NCBI GenBank assembly: GCA_039028615.1
Contig: JBCCHT010000002.1
Coordinates: 533,547-597,546, forward strand
Source of the DNA: Myxococcota bacterium
Lineage (GTDB): Bacteria; Myxococcota_A; Polyangia; Nannocystales; Nannocystaceae
Direction of reading: 5' to 3'
DNA length: 64,000 nt
In this document: piece by piece, positions 1 through 9,852 of the stretch
How positions within the stretch are numbered: the stretch's first letter is position 1
How the letters are laid out: the number at the start of each line of letters is the position of its first letter
Position numbers and translations under genes: made by a program
The notes under the pieces: model-generated
Told to the model about the DNA's origin: nothing
Seen by the model: only the letters and a program-made list of their open reading frames with translations
Database searches by the model: none

Positions 1-2
1 AG

Positions 3-1337
3 GCCCCCGCCAGCGGCCAGGCCGAAGCCCTGGGGAGCCTCGCGCCGCCGTGGAGCGCCCCCACCCGCGCCGTGCTCGACAGCGGGCTCATCACGTTTTG
101 GCTGCACGAGCCCGACGCCCCCGCCACGCACCTGCGGGTGCTGCTGCCCGTCGGCGATCGACCCGAGCTGCAGTCCGCCGCGGTCGTGGCCGTGCTCGAG
201 ACTCACCTGCAGCAGAGCCTCGCCACGCGGGCGCGCAGCCAGGGCATCTCGGTCGAGACTCGCTCCGCCCCCGACCGCATCGAGATCGTGCTGCACTCGG
301 CCACCGCCGATACTTCACGCGCCCTCTCGACGCTGGGGCGAGTGCTGGCCGCCCGCTCTCCCAGCTCGGGTCTGGAGACCGCGCGAGCCGAAGTCGCCGG
401 GCGGCTCGAGGGCGAGCCCACGGCCGACGAGCGAGCCACCGCCGCGCTGGCGGCCACGTTGTTGGGTCGTCGTAGCTCGGCCCAGCAAGCGACCGCCAAG
501 GCGGTGACCGAGCTGTCTCGCGACGCGCTGCTCGAGGGCTGGGAGCAGCTGGTCGACCCCCGCCGCGCCGTGCTCGTGGTGCACTCGGGGCACGAGGCCA
601 GCCTCTATCGCGCGGCGCTCCGCAAGCTCGCCGACGGCTGGCGCGGCCGCGGCCGTCGCCCCGTGCTCGACTCCGCCATCGCCCGGCTCCGCACCGCCTC
701 CGAGCCCTCCTCGGCCCCGGGCCGCCTGCTCGCCGAGCCGGCCACGCCCATGCACATCGTGCCCGGCCCCGAGGGCAGCCCGGTGGTCATGATCGGTCGC
801 GTCGTGCCCACGCGCAGCGCCGCCGACCGCAGCCTGGCCCGGCTCGCCCAGCGAGTGCTGCAAGAAGAACTCGACGCCCGCCTGGTGATCCGCGGCGACC
901 ATGGGCTGTTCATGCTGCGCGTGCCGCTGTCGGGTCGCGAGCCCGAGCAGACGGTCACCGAAGCCATCGATGCCCTGACCTCGCTCGCCACCACGCGTCA
1001 GCCCCAGCAGCGCCTGTTTCAGGCGGCGCAGCTGTGGCTGGGCGCCCGCATGGTCCAGGCCAGCCTCGACGGCGAAGACTGGACGGCCTCGTGGAGCGAC
1101 GCGATCGATCTCGCCGAAGACGACGATGCCATCGTAGGCGCGCTGGCGCGCGACGCGAGGTCGATGCTCGAGCCCGACCCGGAGGCCCTGCAGCAGTGGC
1201 TCCGCCAGTGGCTCGATCCCCGCAGCAGCGAGCCCGGTTGGCGCTGGCTGGTCGCGGGCGCCTCCGATCGGCAGACCCGTCGCCTCGCGCGTATCACCCC
1301 GCTCGCGGGGGCCGACGGCGAGAGCCTCGCGCCCTGA
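3..1337 (+). CDS. M16 (insulinase) peptidase-like protein, 5'-truncated by the window edge
   Basis: Frame is open from the window start. An 'LDSGL' N-terminal motif and two 'RRAVLVV'-type lobes resemble the M16 fold. No HxxEH motif in the visible part, so it may be an inactive subunit. Confidence 0.5.
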   Translation, partial: APASGQAEALGSLAPPWSAPTRAVLDSGLITFWLHEPDAPATHLRVLLPVGDRPELQSAAVVAVLETHLQQSLATRARSQGISVETRSAPDRIEIVLHSATADTSRALSTLGRVLAARSPSSGLETARAEVAGRLEGEPTADERATAALAATLLGRRSSAQQATAKAVTELSRDALLEGWEQLVDPRRAVLVVHSGHEASLYRAALRKLADGWRGRGRRPVLDSAIARLRTASEPSSAPGRLLAEPATPMHIVPGPEGSPVVMIGRVVPTRSAADRSLARLAQRVLQEELDARLVIRGDHGLFMLRVPLSGREPEQTVTEAIDALTSLATTRQPQQRLFQAAQLWLGARMVQASLDGEDWTASWSDAIDLAEDDDAIVGALARDARSMLEPDPEALQQWLRQWLDPRSSEPGWRWLVAGASDRQTRRLARITPLAGADGESLAP

Positions 1338-1398
1338 CTTGGGCCGCCTGTCCGGGTGGGTTCACAGCCGCTGGGGCTCGGTGATAAACCGGGCCCGC

Positions 1399-2217
1399 AT
1401 GTCTCGCTCAGCCTGGTTGTTCACCCTGACGTCCGTCCTCGCCCTCGGCGTGGCTGCACCGGGCTGCATCGGCAAGCGTCGGCCGCAAGGACGAACGGCC
1501 AAGAAAGAGCAACCGTCGCTCGAGCCCGCCAAGCTCGCCCGGCTCATCCAGCCCCAAGACGTCGACGGCTCCTTCGACGCCTCCATCGAGGGCGACCGCC
1601 AGCTCGCCACCTACGACGAACAGGACCCGCAAAAGGGCGCCGCCCTGCCCCTGGTCACCATCGTCGAGTACAGCGACTTTCAGTGCCCGTACTGCTCGCG
1701 GCTGGCCGCCACCATGGACGAGGTCGTCGACGGGTATCCGCAGGACGTGAAGCTGGTCTTCAAGCAGTTCCCGCTGCCCATGCATGCCCAGGCCGAGCCC
1801 GCCGCGCGGGCGTCCCTCGCCGCGCAGGCCCAGGGCAAGTTCTGGCCGATGCACGACCTGCTCTTCGCCAACCCCAAGGCGATGTCCGACCGCCAGCTCG
1901 AGGACTACGCCCGCCAGATCGGCCTGGACGTCGACCAGTGGAAGACGGACTTCGCCAACGAGGAGACGGCCAAGCACGTCGAGGCCGAGAAGGTCCAGGG
2001 CACCCCGCTGGGCGTGCGCGGTACCCCGAGCTTCTTCATCAACGGCAAGTTCTACAGCGGGGCCATGGGCGCCCCTCAGTTGCGCAGCATGATCGACGGC
2101 GAGATCCTGGCCGCCAAGGCCCTGCTCAAGGCGGGGGCCAAGCGCGAGGAACTGTACGCTCGCTTCCTGCACCCCGCCGCAGCCAAGGCCGCGGGTGCTC
2201 CCGCCGCGGGCGAGTAG
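1399..2217 (+). CDS. DsbA-family thioredoxin-fold lipoprotein
   Basis: EYSDFQCPYC active site, GVRGTPSFFING cis-Pro loop, lipobox-like APGC. Start moved to ATG 1399. Confidence 0.9.
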   Translation: MSRSAWLFTLTSVLALGVAAPGCIGKRRPQGRTAKKEQPSLEPAKLARLIQPQDVDGSFDASIEGDRQLATYDEQDPQKGAALPLVTIVEYSDFQCPYCSRLAATMDEVVDGYPQDVKLVFKQFPLPMHAQAEPAARASLAAQAQGKFWPMHDLLFANPKAMSDRQLEDYARQIGLDVDQWKTDFANEETAKHVEAEKVQGTPLGVRGTPSFFINGKFYSGAMGAPQLRSMIDGEILAAKALLKAGAKREELYARFLHPAAAKAAGAPAAGE

Positions 2218-2232
2218 CCGCGACGCCTCGGC

Positions 2233-3066
2233 TCACTCCCCGTTGAGCGCCTCGCAGGCGTCGACGTAGCTCGGCGCCGCCGCGGGGCAGAGCGCACCAG
2301 GGCCGAGCGCCATGCAAAAGCCTCGCTGGTCGGCGACGCTCAGCGTGCGCACGCAATCGAGGAACGCGGGGTCGGCATTGTCTCCGTTCGCGTGCTGCAG
2401 ACAGACGATGCCGTTGGGGTCTTGGTGGGTCAGGTGGTTCGCTGGAGACCACGACGTCAGCGCTTCGACATCGTGCCCGGTCACCGGGCGAAACAGCCCC
2501 GTGTCGGGATCGAGCACACAGTCGCGCGGATCGAGTTCCCGGGTCTGACAACACTGCCGCGCCGGACCGCACACCGTCTCCACGGACGCGGCGTCCCAGG
2601 TGGGGTTGCAGGGAGTGGGGCAATCGAGCGCTTCGGCTTCCTGCAGCCCGGGGCCGACGATGTCCGTCACCCGAATGCACTGCCCGCTCGTGCTCAGGTC
2701 GTTGTTGGCCCCGGAAAAGTACGGGAGCTGGCCATCGGCCAGGGCCAGGGACGCGTAGTCGGGCAGCCCACCGTTGGCCGCCGCGGGGTCGTCGGAACAG
2801 CAGCGATAGCCGTTGATGCCGGAATCTCGCCGCGGGTTGCATCCCTCGGCCGAGAACCCCAGAGCGTTGAGCGGGGCGCCTCCGATGAGTTCGGCGTCCC
2901 CGAATCCGCAGGCCTCGGCGGGCTCGCCCGTGGAATCGGCACTGGTCTCGCTCGAGGGGTCGGCACTCGCTCCGTCGCCGGATCCACCTCCGTCTCCGTC
3001 CGTGGGGGACCGGGGCCCACACCCGAGCAAGAGCACGCAGAACAGCGACGGCCAACGCAGGTGCAT
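2233..3066 (-). CDS. Cys-rich hypothetical lipoprotein
   Basis: Lipobox LLLGC, G/S/D linker, RCCSDDPAA and CCQT motifs. Confidence 0.75.
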   Translation of the reverse strand: MHLRWPSLFCVLLLGCGPRSPTDGDGGGSGDGASADPSSETSADSTGEPAEACGFGDAELIGGAPLNALGFSAEGCNPRRDSGINGYRCCSDDPAAANGGLPDYASLALADGQLPYFSGANNDLSTSGQCIRVTDIVGPGLQEAEALDCPTPCNPTWDAASVETVCGPARQCCQTRELDPRDCVLDPDTGLFRPVTGHDVEALTSWSPANHLTHQDPNGIVCLQHANGDNADPAFLDCVRTLSVADQRGFCMALGPGALCPAAAPSYVDACEALNGE

Positions 3067-3144
3067 ACCCCATGGTCCCATCGAGTCGCGGGATACGTCC
3101 ACGCCGTTCGGGTCTCGAAGACTCCCTCGCGGGCGGCCCGGCGG

Positions 3145-4209
3145 CTACTTTAGGTCCGTCGAGCGCCAGCCCACCGCCCGCACGGCCCGACTCGAAACCA
3201 AGCGCTCGGCGTGGCCTTCGACCAGATCGATGAGCTCGATGCCCTCGCGAGTCGCAGCGACCATGGTCCACGCATCGGCCGATACGCTGCCATCGTAGTG
3301 AATCGTCGACAGCGCGCTGACCTGCGCCAGCTGGTGGCCATCGATGGCGATGCCGAACCAGTCGGCGGGCAACAGGTGCACGCCATGCCCCTGCACTCGC
3401 GGCGGCATGGCGAGTGCATCGATGGTCGTCGCCGAGCGCATGAGGTCGGGGTCTTCGAGCACGGACACGAACACCCCGCGCCCATCGGGCGAGAACACGG
3501 GCAAGCCGAGGTCGTAGACGTCGTCACCATCCACCAGCACACGTAGCGGCGTCCCGTCGGCGGTGCCCAGGACCACGTCGCGGCTCCATGTCTCCGGATC
3601 GATGGCGACCCAGGCCACGTGCACGCCATCGGGAGAGACGGCCGGTTCGGTCGCCCAGGGAATCTCCACCTCGACTTCGCCCGACGCCCGATTCACCCGC
3701 CGCACCGAGGAGGGAGGCTCGTCGCCCTCCTCCGCCACCACGGAGGCGTCTTGCGCCGCATACCAGACCGACTCGCCGTCGGCGGACCACACGGGACAAA
3801 GCGCCCAGATCCCTGCTTCGTCCTCCCCCAGCACATGACGTGGGCCCTGCTCCTCGAGCTCGACCAACACGCTGCGATCGAAGCCGGCCTCGCCCCCCTG
3901 GGCCGGCTCGGTGTAGGCGAGCAGGATCTGCCCCGACTGCGGATGCACGGCCAAGTCGTAGGCAAACGCACCGCTGGGCAGAGTGAAGAGCGTCTCCACC
4001 TCGCCCGCCCCTGGCCGCATCGCCGCCACCCGAAAGTTGGGCGGCCCCCCCTGCTCGATGAACACCACCTCGGCTGCAAGCTCGAGCGCAGCACCGGAGC
4101 CCGACTCCGACTCGAACGTGTCTTCCCCCGAGGACCCACTCGAGTCCCCTCGACATGCCGCGAGCATCAGCGCCCCGACCAGGGCGCTCCATGTCCACCG
4201 TGGAGTCAT
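3145..4209 (-). CDS. TolB-like (PD40/beta-propeller) lipoprotein
   Basis: Lipobox LAAC; repeats PVWSADG, PAVSPDG, PVFSPDG. Confidence 0.75.
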   Translation of the reverse strand: MTPRWTWSALVGALMLAACRGDSSGSSGEDTFESESGSGAALELAAEVVFIEQGGPPNFRVAAMRPGAGEVETLFTLPSGAFAYDLAVHPQSGQILLAYTEPAQGGEAGFDRSVLVELEEQGPRHVLGEDEAGIWALCPVWSADGESVWYAAQDASVVAEEGDEPPSSVRRVNRASGEVEVEIPWATEPAVSPDGVHVAWVAIDPETWSRDVVLGTADGTPLRVLVDGDDVYDLGLPVFSPDGRGVFVSVLEDPDLMRSATTIDALAMPPRVQGHGVHLLPADWFGIAIDGHQLAQVSALSTIHYDGSVSADAWTMVAATREGIELIDLVEGHAERLVSSRAVRAVGWRSTDLK

Positions 4210-4219
4210 CGAAAAACGC

Positions 4220-5071
4220 CTAGCCTCCCGGCGGTGGACCAGGCGGCATCCCCGAGTCTTCGACTTCGCCGTGGTAGCAGGTGATGCTGTAGGGCGACAT
4301 CTCGGTGAGGTGATAGTGGTAGATGCCGTCGGGGCACTCGGGCGTCGCCCCTTCGTGGCCGCTGCACTCGTCGAGGTCGGCGGGCGGCTCCCCGTCCGCG
4401 CCGAAGGGGCCGTACACGGGAAAACCGTCGAGCAGCGCCCCGATGATCACCGAGTGCTCCCCCGGCGTGTCGACGACATCGGTAATGCAGTAGGGCACGC
4501 CGTGATAGTGGTACGTGCCGCCGTCGGGCAACGGATGACCATTGCACGGGTCGATGAAGGGCACCCCACCCACATCGAAGTTGTTGTCGAGCGCGACCGA
4601 GGTCCCGTCCCCCTCGTAGGGGTTGAAGTACACGCCGCCGCTGATCGCCATGCCGATGGCACCCAGGCCGGTCTCGGTGACCGTATCCGAGTACACGGGG
4701 ATCGCGGGGATGGTGATCGACTGGGACGAAGCGTCGACCCCGATCGTCGACCCGTCCATCAGGGCGTAGGCCTCGAGCACGTCGTGCTCGGGCAGGCCAT
4801 CGGACTCGAGGACGATGCTCTCCCCGTCCATGGTGACGCTCATGTCGTCGGCCCACATCGCCCCGAGAATCGCCTCGGCAATGGCATCGTGGCCCGCCGA
4901 GGCGGCTGAGTCCTCGGCCCCCGACTCTCCGTCCGCCGTCGGGTTGCTCCCCGTGTCTTGCTCGGCACCGGACTCGCCGTCGGCGTCCGCACCGGGTTCG
5001 TCAGGGTCGGAACACGCGGACGCCAGGAACCCAATGACGACGAACGAGAGCAGCCAAGGGCGGGTTTGCAT
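4220..5071 (-). CDS. YHYH-domain lipoprotein
   Basis: Lipobox ASAC; two YHYH motifs (GTYHYH, GIYHYH), CNGH, DGFPVYGP, LDECSGH. Confidence 0.9.
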   Translation of the reverse strand: MQTRPWLLSFVVIGFLASACSDPDEPGADADGESGAEQDTGSNPTADGESGAEDSAASAGHDAIAEAILGAMWADDMSVTMDGESIVLESDGLPEHDVLEAYALMDGSTIGVDASSQSITIPAIPVYSDTVTETGLGAIGMAISGGVYFNPYEGDGTSVALDNNFDVGGVPFIDPCNGHPLPDGGTYHYHGVPYCITDVVDTPGEHSVIIGALLDGFPVYGPFGADGEPPADLDECSGHEGATPECPDGIYHYHLTEMSPYSITCYHGEVEDSGMPPGPPPGG

Positions 5072-5265
5072 GTCGGCCTACGGTGCAAGAGCCAGGCACT
5101 GCAGTCGCCGCATCAATTTCAAACAGTTGCCGCCAGATTCAGGCCACGGCTGCGAATCTCGCAGGCACGTTTCCTTCATCCGTCGGCAACTCTCGCAGTC
5201 ATGACGGTGGGTCCGAGGCCCCGAGTAAGGGCGTCCCGAGGCCTCGGACCTACCAGGACCTTCAT

Positions 5266-5841
5266 CTACTCGGCGGGCGCGTCCTCGTCGTCGTGCACGC
5301 TCACCTCGACCTCGCGGCGACCATCGGGGTGGTCGGTGATCTCCACGTCGATCTCTCCGGTCACGCCCTTCGCTCGCAGGTCGTCGATGATCTGCGCGCG
5401 GAGCTGTTCGGGATCCTCGGGCTCGCCTTCGGCTGGCATGGGCGTCGCCTCGACATCGAGGGGCGAGACGATCACGGCGTCGGCGGTGAGCCACGGGAAC
5501 TCGTCCTCGAGCTCGGCCGCGAACTCGTCGTCGGTCGGCATGTCTTGTCCCCACAGCTCGACCACGACCTCGGCCGGTCCGCCGTCCTCACCCTTTTTCA
5601 CCTCGGCCCGGGCACTGCCCACGTCAGCCTGCGACTCGATGTGCTGCAGCAAGGCGTGAATCTGCTCCATCTCGGCGTGCTCGGCCGGGATGGTCAGCTC
5701 GAGGCGGCGCCCCTCGGGGGCTGCTTCACCGTCCCGCATCTCCGTGGGAGACGAGGTGTCCTCGGCATGCGTGGCGCAAGCGGTGGGGACGAGCAGCAGC
5801 GGAATCGCGGCGAGACACAGGAGGCAACGGCGTGGGCTCAT
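5266..5841 (-). CDS. acidic hypothetical lipoprotein
   Basis: Signal peptide ending PTAC, high GC3 codon pattern. Start moved to ATG 5841. Confidence 0.7.
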   Translation of the reverse strand: MSPRRCLLCLAAIPLLLVPTACATHAEDTSSPTEMRDGEAAPEGRRLELTIPAEHAEMEQIHALLQHIESQADVGSARAEVKKGEDGGPAEVVVELWGQDMPTDDEFAAELEDEFPWLTADAVIVSPLDVEATPMPAEGEPEDPEQLRAQIIDDLRAKGVTGEIDVEITDHPDGRREVEVSVHDDEDAPAE

Positions 5842-6117
5842 GATGCTGCTCCCTACGAGGCCCCTCCATTTTGGTGACGCGTTCGCGACGGGAAAATCGA
5901 CGGAGTCGCGCGAACACCGGGACTGCTCGCCCTCGGTCCAATGGGGCAACCCGGGAGGTCACGACGAAATGGACCGCGAATCCGCTGCGGGAAAACTGTC
6001 CGAACCCAACCTCGGTTTCCCCCGATTGGGCAATGATTCTCGCCCATTGACTTCTATTGACCTGAAGGTTGATCCAGATCACAGTTGCGCAAATTTTCGC
6101 GGATCTAAGCTTCGCGA

Positions 6118-6978
6118 ATGCACCAACGGCTTGCAACTTCGCTTTTCCTAGGGCTGTGCGCCGCCGCCCTCGGCACCACCGGGTGTGGGGACGACTCGAC
6201 GGGCGACACCGGCAACGCCGGCTCGACGAGCGAGGCGACGACGACCGACAACGCCACCACCGAGGTGGCCACCACCGAGGTGGGCGGCACCACCGACAGC
6301 ACCCCGGCCGACGGCACCACGACCGACGCCGAGGACGAGACCGGCGACGAGTCCAGCGGCGGCTCGAAGGGCGGATGCCAGGTCTGGGCGATTTCCTACA
6401 CCCTCGACGGCAGCGAGTTCGAGATCAGCGGGACTCCGGCCGGCGGCGCGGGTGACCAGGTCAACACCGTCCAGGAGCCCTACGACGACCCCTCCAACAT
6501 CGGCCCCGGCTCCGTGACCGTGCACTTCGAGGACGTGGACGGAGCCCCCGGCGGCCTGGCCACCCTCAACGCGTACGACATGAGCCTGCAGTTCGTGGTC
6601 GACTCCGTCGGCGTGACGGTGACCACCGACATCACCACCTCGGCCGGACCGCAGGAGTGCGGCGTCACGGCCGGGCTGGTCAACGGCACCTCCGTCGCTT
6701 GGGCTCCGCCCCAGATCGTGGGCCTCGAGACCGAGGGCAATATCGTCTGCGACGGCATGCTCTGCGGCATCGCCATGTTCGAGGACGGCGTGCCCGTCGA
6801 CCAGAGCGGGACCTCCGACCAGACCATCAACAGCTTCGAGTTCACCGAGGACTTCAGCGGCTTCACGATGGAAGAGGTCGTCGTGCAGATGGACACCAAC
6901 GCCACGAACTCGTGGATGTACACGGGCACCGAGACCAGCCGCGAGCTCGTCGACGCGCCCGACTGCGAGTGCCAGTAA
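6118..6978 (+). CDS. hypothetical lipoprotein with Thr-rich linker
   Basis: Lipobox TTGCGDD, T/D/E-rich stalk, beta-rich C-terminal domain. Confidence 0.8.
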   Translation: MHQRLATSLFLGLCAAALGTTGCGDDSTGDTGNAGSTSEATTTDNATTEVATTEVGGTTDSTPADGTTTDAEDETGDESSGGSKGGCQVWAISYTLDGSEFEISGTPAGGAGDQVNTVQEPYDDPSNIGPGSVTVHFEDVDGAPGGLATLNAYDMSLQFVVDSVGVTVTTDITTSAGPQECGVTAGLVNGTSVAWAPPQIVGLETEGNIVCDGMLCGIAMFEDGVPVDQSGTSDQTINSFEFTEDFSGFTMEEVVVQMDTNATNSWMYTGTETSRELVDAPDCECQ

Positions 6979-7057
6979 CCGCCATCACCTTCGGGTGACG
7001 CGGCAGGGCCAGGTGGCGTGCATGCGCTCCCTGGCCCTGTTCATTGGTTCGAGCCCC

Positions 7058-8269
7058 TCAGTACTCGACCAGCAGCCCCGCGGGCGGCTGGGCCACGCCG
7101 CGGTCCGTCTCCGGGTCGATCCAGTCGCTCAGCTCGTCGGCCAGCCCGATCAGCAGCTGAGTGCCGAGCCGCGGCCGTCGCTTGCACAACGAGCGGAAGA
7201 CCTCCGTCTCGAGCACGATGACCTGGGTATCGACCTCGGCGGTGAGCGTGGCCGGGCAGTGCCGCGAGGCGACCAGGGTGGTGGCCCCGATGCCGCTGCC
7301 GCGCTCGAGGTGGGCGAAGTGTCCGCTGGGCAGCTCCCAGCGCAAGCGACCGTCGAGCACCACGTGCAGCGCTCCGTTGCTGTGACCGTGCTCGATGAGC
7401 ACCTCGCCCGCCGCGTGCTGCCGGACCGTCATGTCGTCTGCCACGCGGGCCAGGTCGGCCAGCGACAGCGCAGCGAAGATCGGCACCTTGCACAGCGCCT
7501 CCACCACCGGGCGGCTGAGCCCCTCGCCGCCGCCCCCGTGGCGCCAGGCCACCGCGGTGATGTTGTCGCGCGAGCCGGCCTCCTTGGCGCGCTCGACCAG
7601 GCCCCGCAGGGCGGGCTCGAGATCGTGGGAGCCTTCGAGCACGTCGACCACGTGCTCGGGCGGATCGAGAGCCGGGTTGAGCCCATCGGAGCACAGCAGC
7701 AGCAGGTCGCCGGGGTGCACCTCGAGCAGCAGCGTCTCGACCATCACCGAGGCCTGCGACCCGACGTTGCGCGTCAGCACCCGCGAGTGAGGGTGCCCGG
7801 GCACCGTCTCGCGAGCGATCGCCCCCCCCCGATACAGCTCGGCGGCCAGGGTGTGATCGGTGCTGATCTGCTCGAGCACGCCGTCGCGCAGCAGGAAGAG
7901 CCGGCTGTCGCCCACGTGCCCCATGATGGCCTTTTCGCCCTCGACCAGCACCGCGGTGAGCGTGGTGCTCATGCCCGCCAGCGCCCGCTTCTCGGTGGCC
8001 TCGCGATGCACGGTGGCGCACGCGGACTCCATCGCGCGCTGCATCACCACCCAGGCCGGATCGCGAGACTCGGGGTCGCCCCGCCACGCCGCGATGGCAT
8101 CGCGCAGCACCTGCACCGCCATGGCCGAGGCCACGTCCCCCGCCTGCCGTCCGCCCACGCCATCGGCGACGACGTACAGACCCAGGGCGTCGTCGGCGAA
8201 GCAAGAATCCTGGTTGTCCTCGCGGAGCCCCACATCGGAGACCGCGGCGCTGATTGAAGTGGTGCTCAT
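7058..8269 (-). CDS. PP2C-family Ser/Thr phosphatase with C-terminal cyclic-nucleotide-binding domain
   Basis: DVGLREDNQD, VADGVGG, HVGDSR, LLCSDGL, SRDNIT; then 'VPIFAALS...GEVLIEHG...VVLDG' cNMP-binding-like domain. Confidence 0.9.
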   Translation of the reverse strand: MSTTSISAAVSDVGLREDNQDSCFADDALGLYVVADGVGGRQAGDVASAMAVQVLRDAIAAWRGDPESRDPAWVVMQRAMESACATVHREATEKRALAGMSTTLTAVLVEGEKAIMGHVGDSRLFLLRDGVLEQISTDHTLAAELYRGGAIARETVPGHPHSRVLTRNVGSQASVMVETLLLEVHPGDLLLLCSDGLNPALDPPEHVVDVLEGSHDLEPALRGLVERAKEAGSRDNITAVAWRHGGGGEGLSRPVVEALCKVPIFAALSLADLARVADDMTVRQHAAGEVLIEHGHSNGALHVVLDGRLRWELPSGHFAHLERGSGIGATTLVASRHCPATLTAEVDTQVIVLETEVFRSLCKRRPRLGTQLLIGLADELSDWIDPETDRGVAQPPAGLLVEY

Positions 8270-8316
8270 GGTGGCCTCGACTGGAGACCGTTTCTAACAC
8301 GCTACCCCGCCGCCGT

Positions 8317-9765
8317 TCACAGGGGGATGTACAGCAGCTGTAGACCATCGACGAGCGCGGGGCTGTTGCAGCTGAACTGGAGCCCCTCGGTGGAGTCGAG
8401 CTGTATGCCCGCGCTCGCCTCGGCCCCGGCATTGGCGCTGTTGATGCCGTTTTGCGTGTCTACGTAGCAGACGTCGATCCTGCCCGTGAGCTCGTGGAGC
8501 ACGACCTGAAAGCGCATGAGGTCGACCGCGTCCCCCCCGAAGTTGGCCGTGTCCCACTGCACCACGAAGCGCTGGTCCCCGGGAACGCCGAGCATCTGGT
8601 GGTAGACCTCGCCCGCTCCCACCGCGGGGTTGAGATCGTCCCAGAACACGTACAGCACGTTGCTCGCGGGCTCCGTGCTCGTGGGCAGGCAGGTGTTGCC
8701 GAAGCCCAAGTACGAGTCGTCGCCCCACCGCAGCGTGCCGTTGGACTGAATGTTCACCGTCGCGTGGTCGACTCCGTAGAGCGGGAAATCGAAGCCCATG
8801 GGGACCTCGACGTTGCTGTCGTCGCTCAACCCCGTGGCCGTGCCCGTAAAGCTGATGTCGTCGCACGTGGGGAAGGCGGGGGCCAGCGAGTAGCCGCTGT
8901 AGCCCGAGTCGCTGCCGAAGGGCGTCGCCGGAATGTCGCAGCTGGCCAGGTCGAGCTGGCAGCCGCCCGTGCAGCCCAAGCTCCCGCCCGTCAGACCGAG
9001 CGTCCCGCAGCTCGCCCCGCCGAGCTCGGTGCCATCGCAGCTCTCGGTCCCGTCGATGATGCCGTTGCCGCACAGACCACACGCGCTCGGGTCCACCGCG
9101 GAACAGTCGGGCGTGCACTGCAGGACCCCGCTGTCGAAGCCACGCGCGAGGCAGGTCTGGCCGCGAACATCGGCCCCATCGCAGACTTCGCCGCCGTCCG
9201 CCACGAGGTTGCCGCAGCTCCCACAGCCGCTGGTATCGAGCGCGTTGCAGGTGAGCACGCAGGCGAGCTCGCCGCTGTCGAAGCCTTCGCTCTGGCACGA
9301 GGCCCCGCCGAAGTCGTCGGCGTCACACAGCTCGGGACCTTCCTGCACGCCGTCTCCGCAGGTGGGCGGCAGGATGCAGCCGGTCAGGTCGTAGCCCGAG
9401 CAATCGTCCAGGCACGCCAGCGCTCCGCCCTCGAGCCCCTGATCGGTGCAGTCTTGCCCGACCAGGTCGGCGCCATCGCAGACCTCGCCCGCCTCGGCGA
9501 CGCCGTCGCCACAGACGATCGGCGAGCCCGAGGAGGAGCTGGAATCGACCGCGGCCGTCGTCTCCGCCGCCGTGGTCCCGGGCTCGCCCGAGCTGTCGAG
9601 CGCCGCCGTGGTGTCGGATTCGGACGGACCCGCGGACCCGCCCGTGCCCGTCGTATCCGCGCTCGTCGTCGATGCGCTCGGCTCCGGCGTCGCGGCGACG
9701 TCGTCGCTGGGGCATCCCATGGACAACGCGCTCGAGGCCGCGAGAGAGTAGAGGTCGATTCGCAC
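8317..9765 (-). CDS. lipoprotein with Cys-rich repeats (CGDG..E.CDG.DL.G..C) and C-terminal beta domain
   Basis: Four repeats of about 39 aa of CG(D/N)x6ExCDxxDxxGxxC. The true start is probably GTG 9765 (lipobox SMGC); the longer ORF-track extension is antisense to the cotH-like gene. Confidence 0.75.
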   Translation of the reverse strand: MRIDLYSLAASSALSMGCPSDDVAATPEPSASTTSADTTGTGGSAGPSESDTTAALDSSGEPGTTAAETTAAVDSSSSSGSPIVCGDGVAEAGEVCDGADLVGQDCTDQGLEGGALACLDDCSGYDLTGCILPPTCGDGVQEGPELCDADDFGGASCQSEGFDSGELACVLTCNALDTSGCGSCGNLVADGGEVCDGADVRGQTCLARGFDSGVLQCTPDCSAVDPSACGLCGNGIIDGTESCDGTELGGASCGTLGLTGGSLGCTGGCQLDLASCDIPATPFGSDSGYSGYSLAPAFPTCDDISFTGTATGLSDDSNVEVPMGFDFPLYGVDHATVNIQSNGTLRWGDDSYLGFGNTCLPTSTEPASNVLYVFWDDLNPAVGAGEVYHQMLGVPGDQRFVVQWDTANFGGDAVDLMRFQVVLHELTGRIDVCYVDTQNGINSANAGAEASAGIQLDSTEGLQFSCNSPALVDGLQLLYIPL

Positions 9766-9852
9766 CGCGGATCCAATGTACGCGGATGCGCTCGTGGAAG
9801 CCACGCGTAGATCGAGCACCGCCGACACCATTGCGCTGGTACACTCGTCGAC

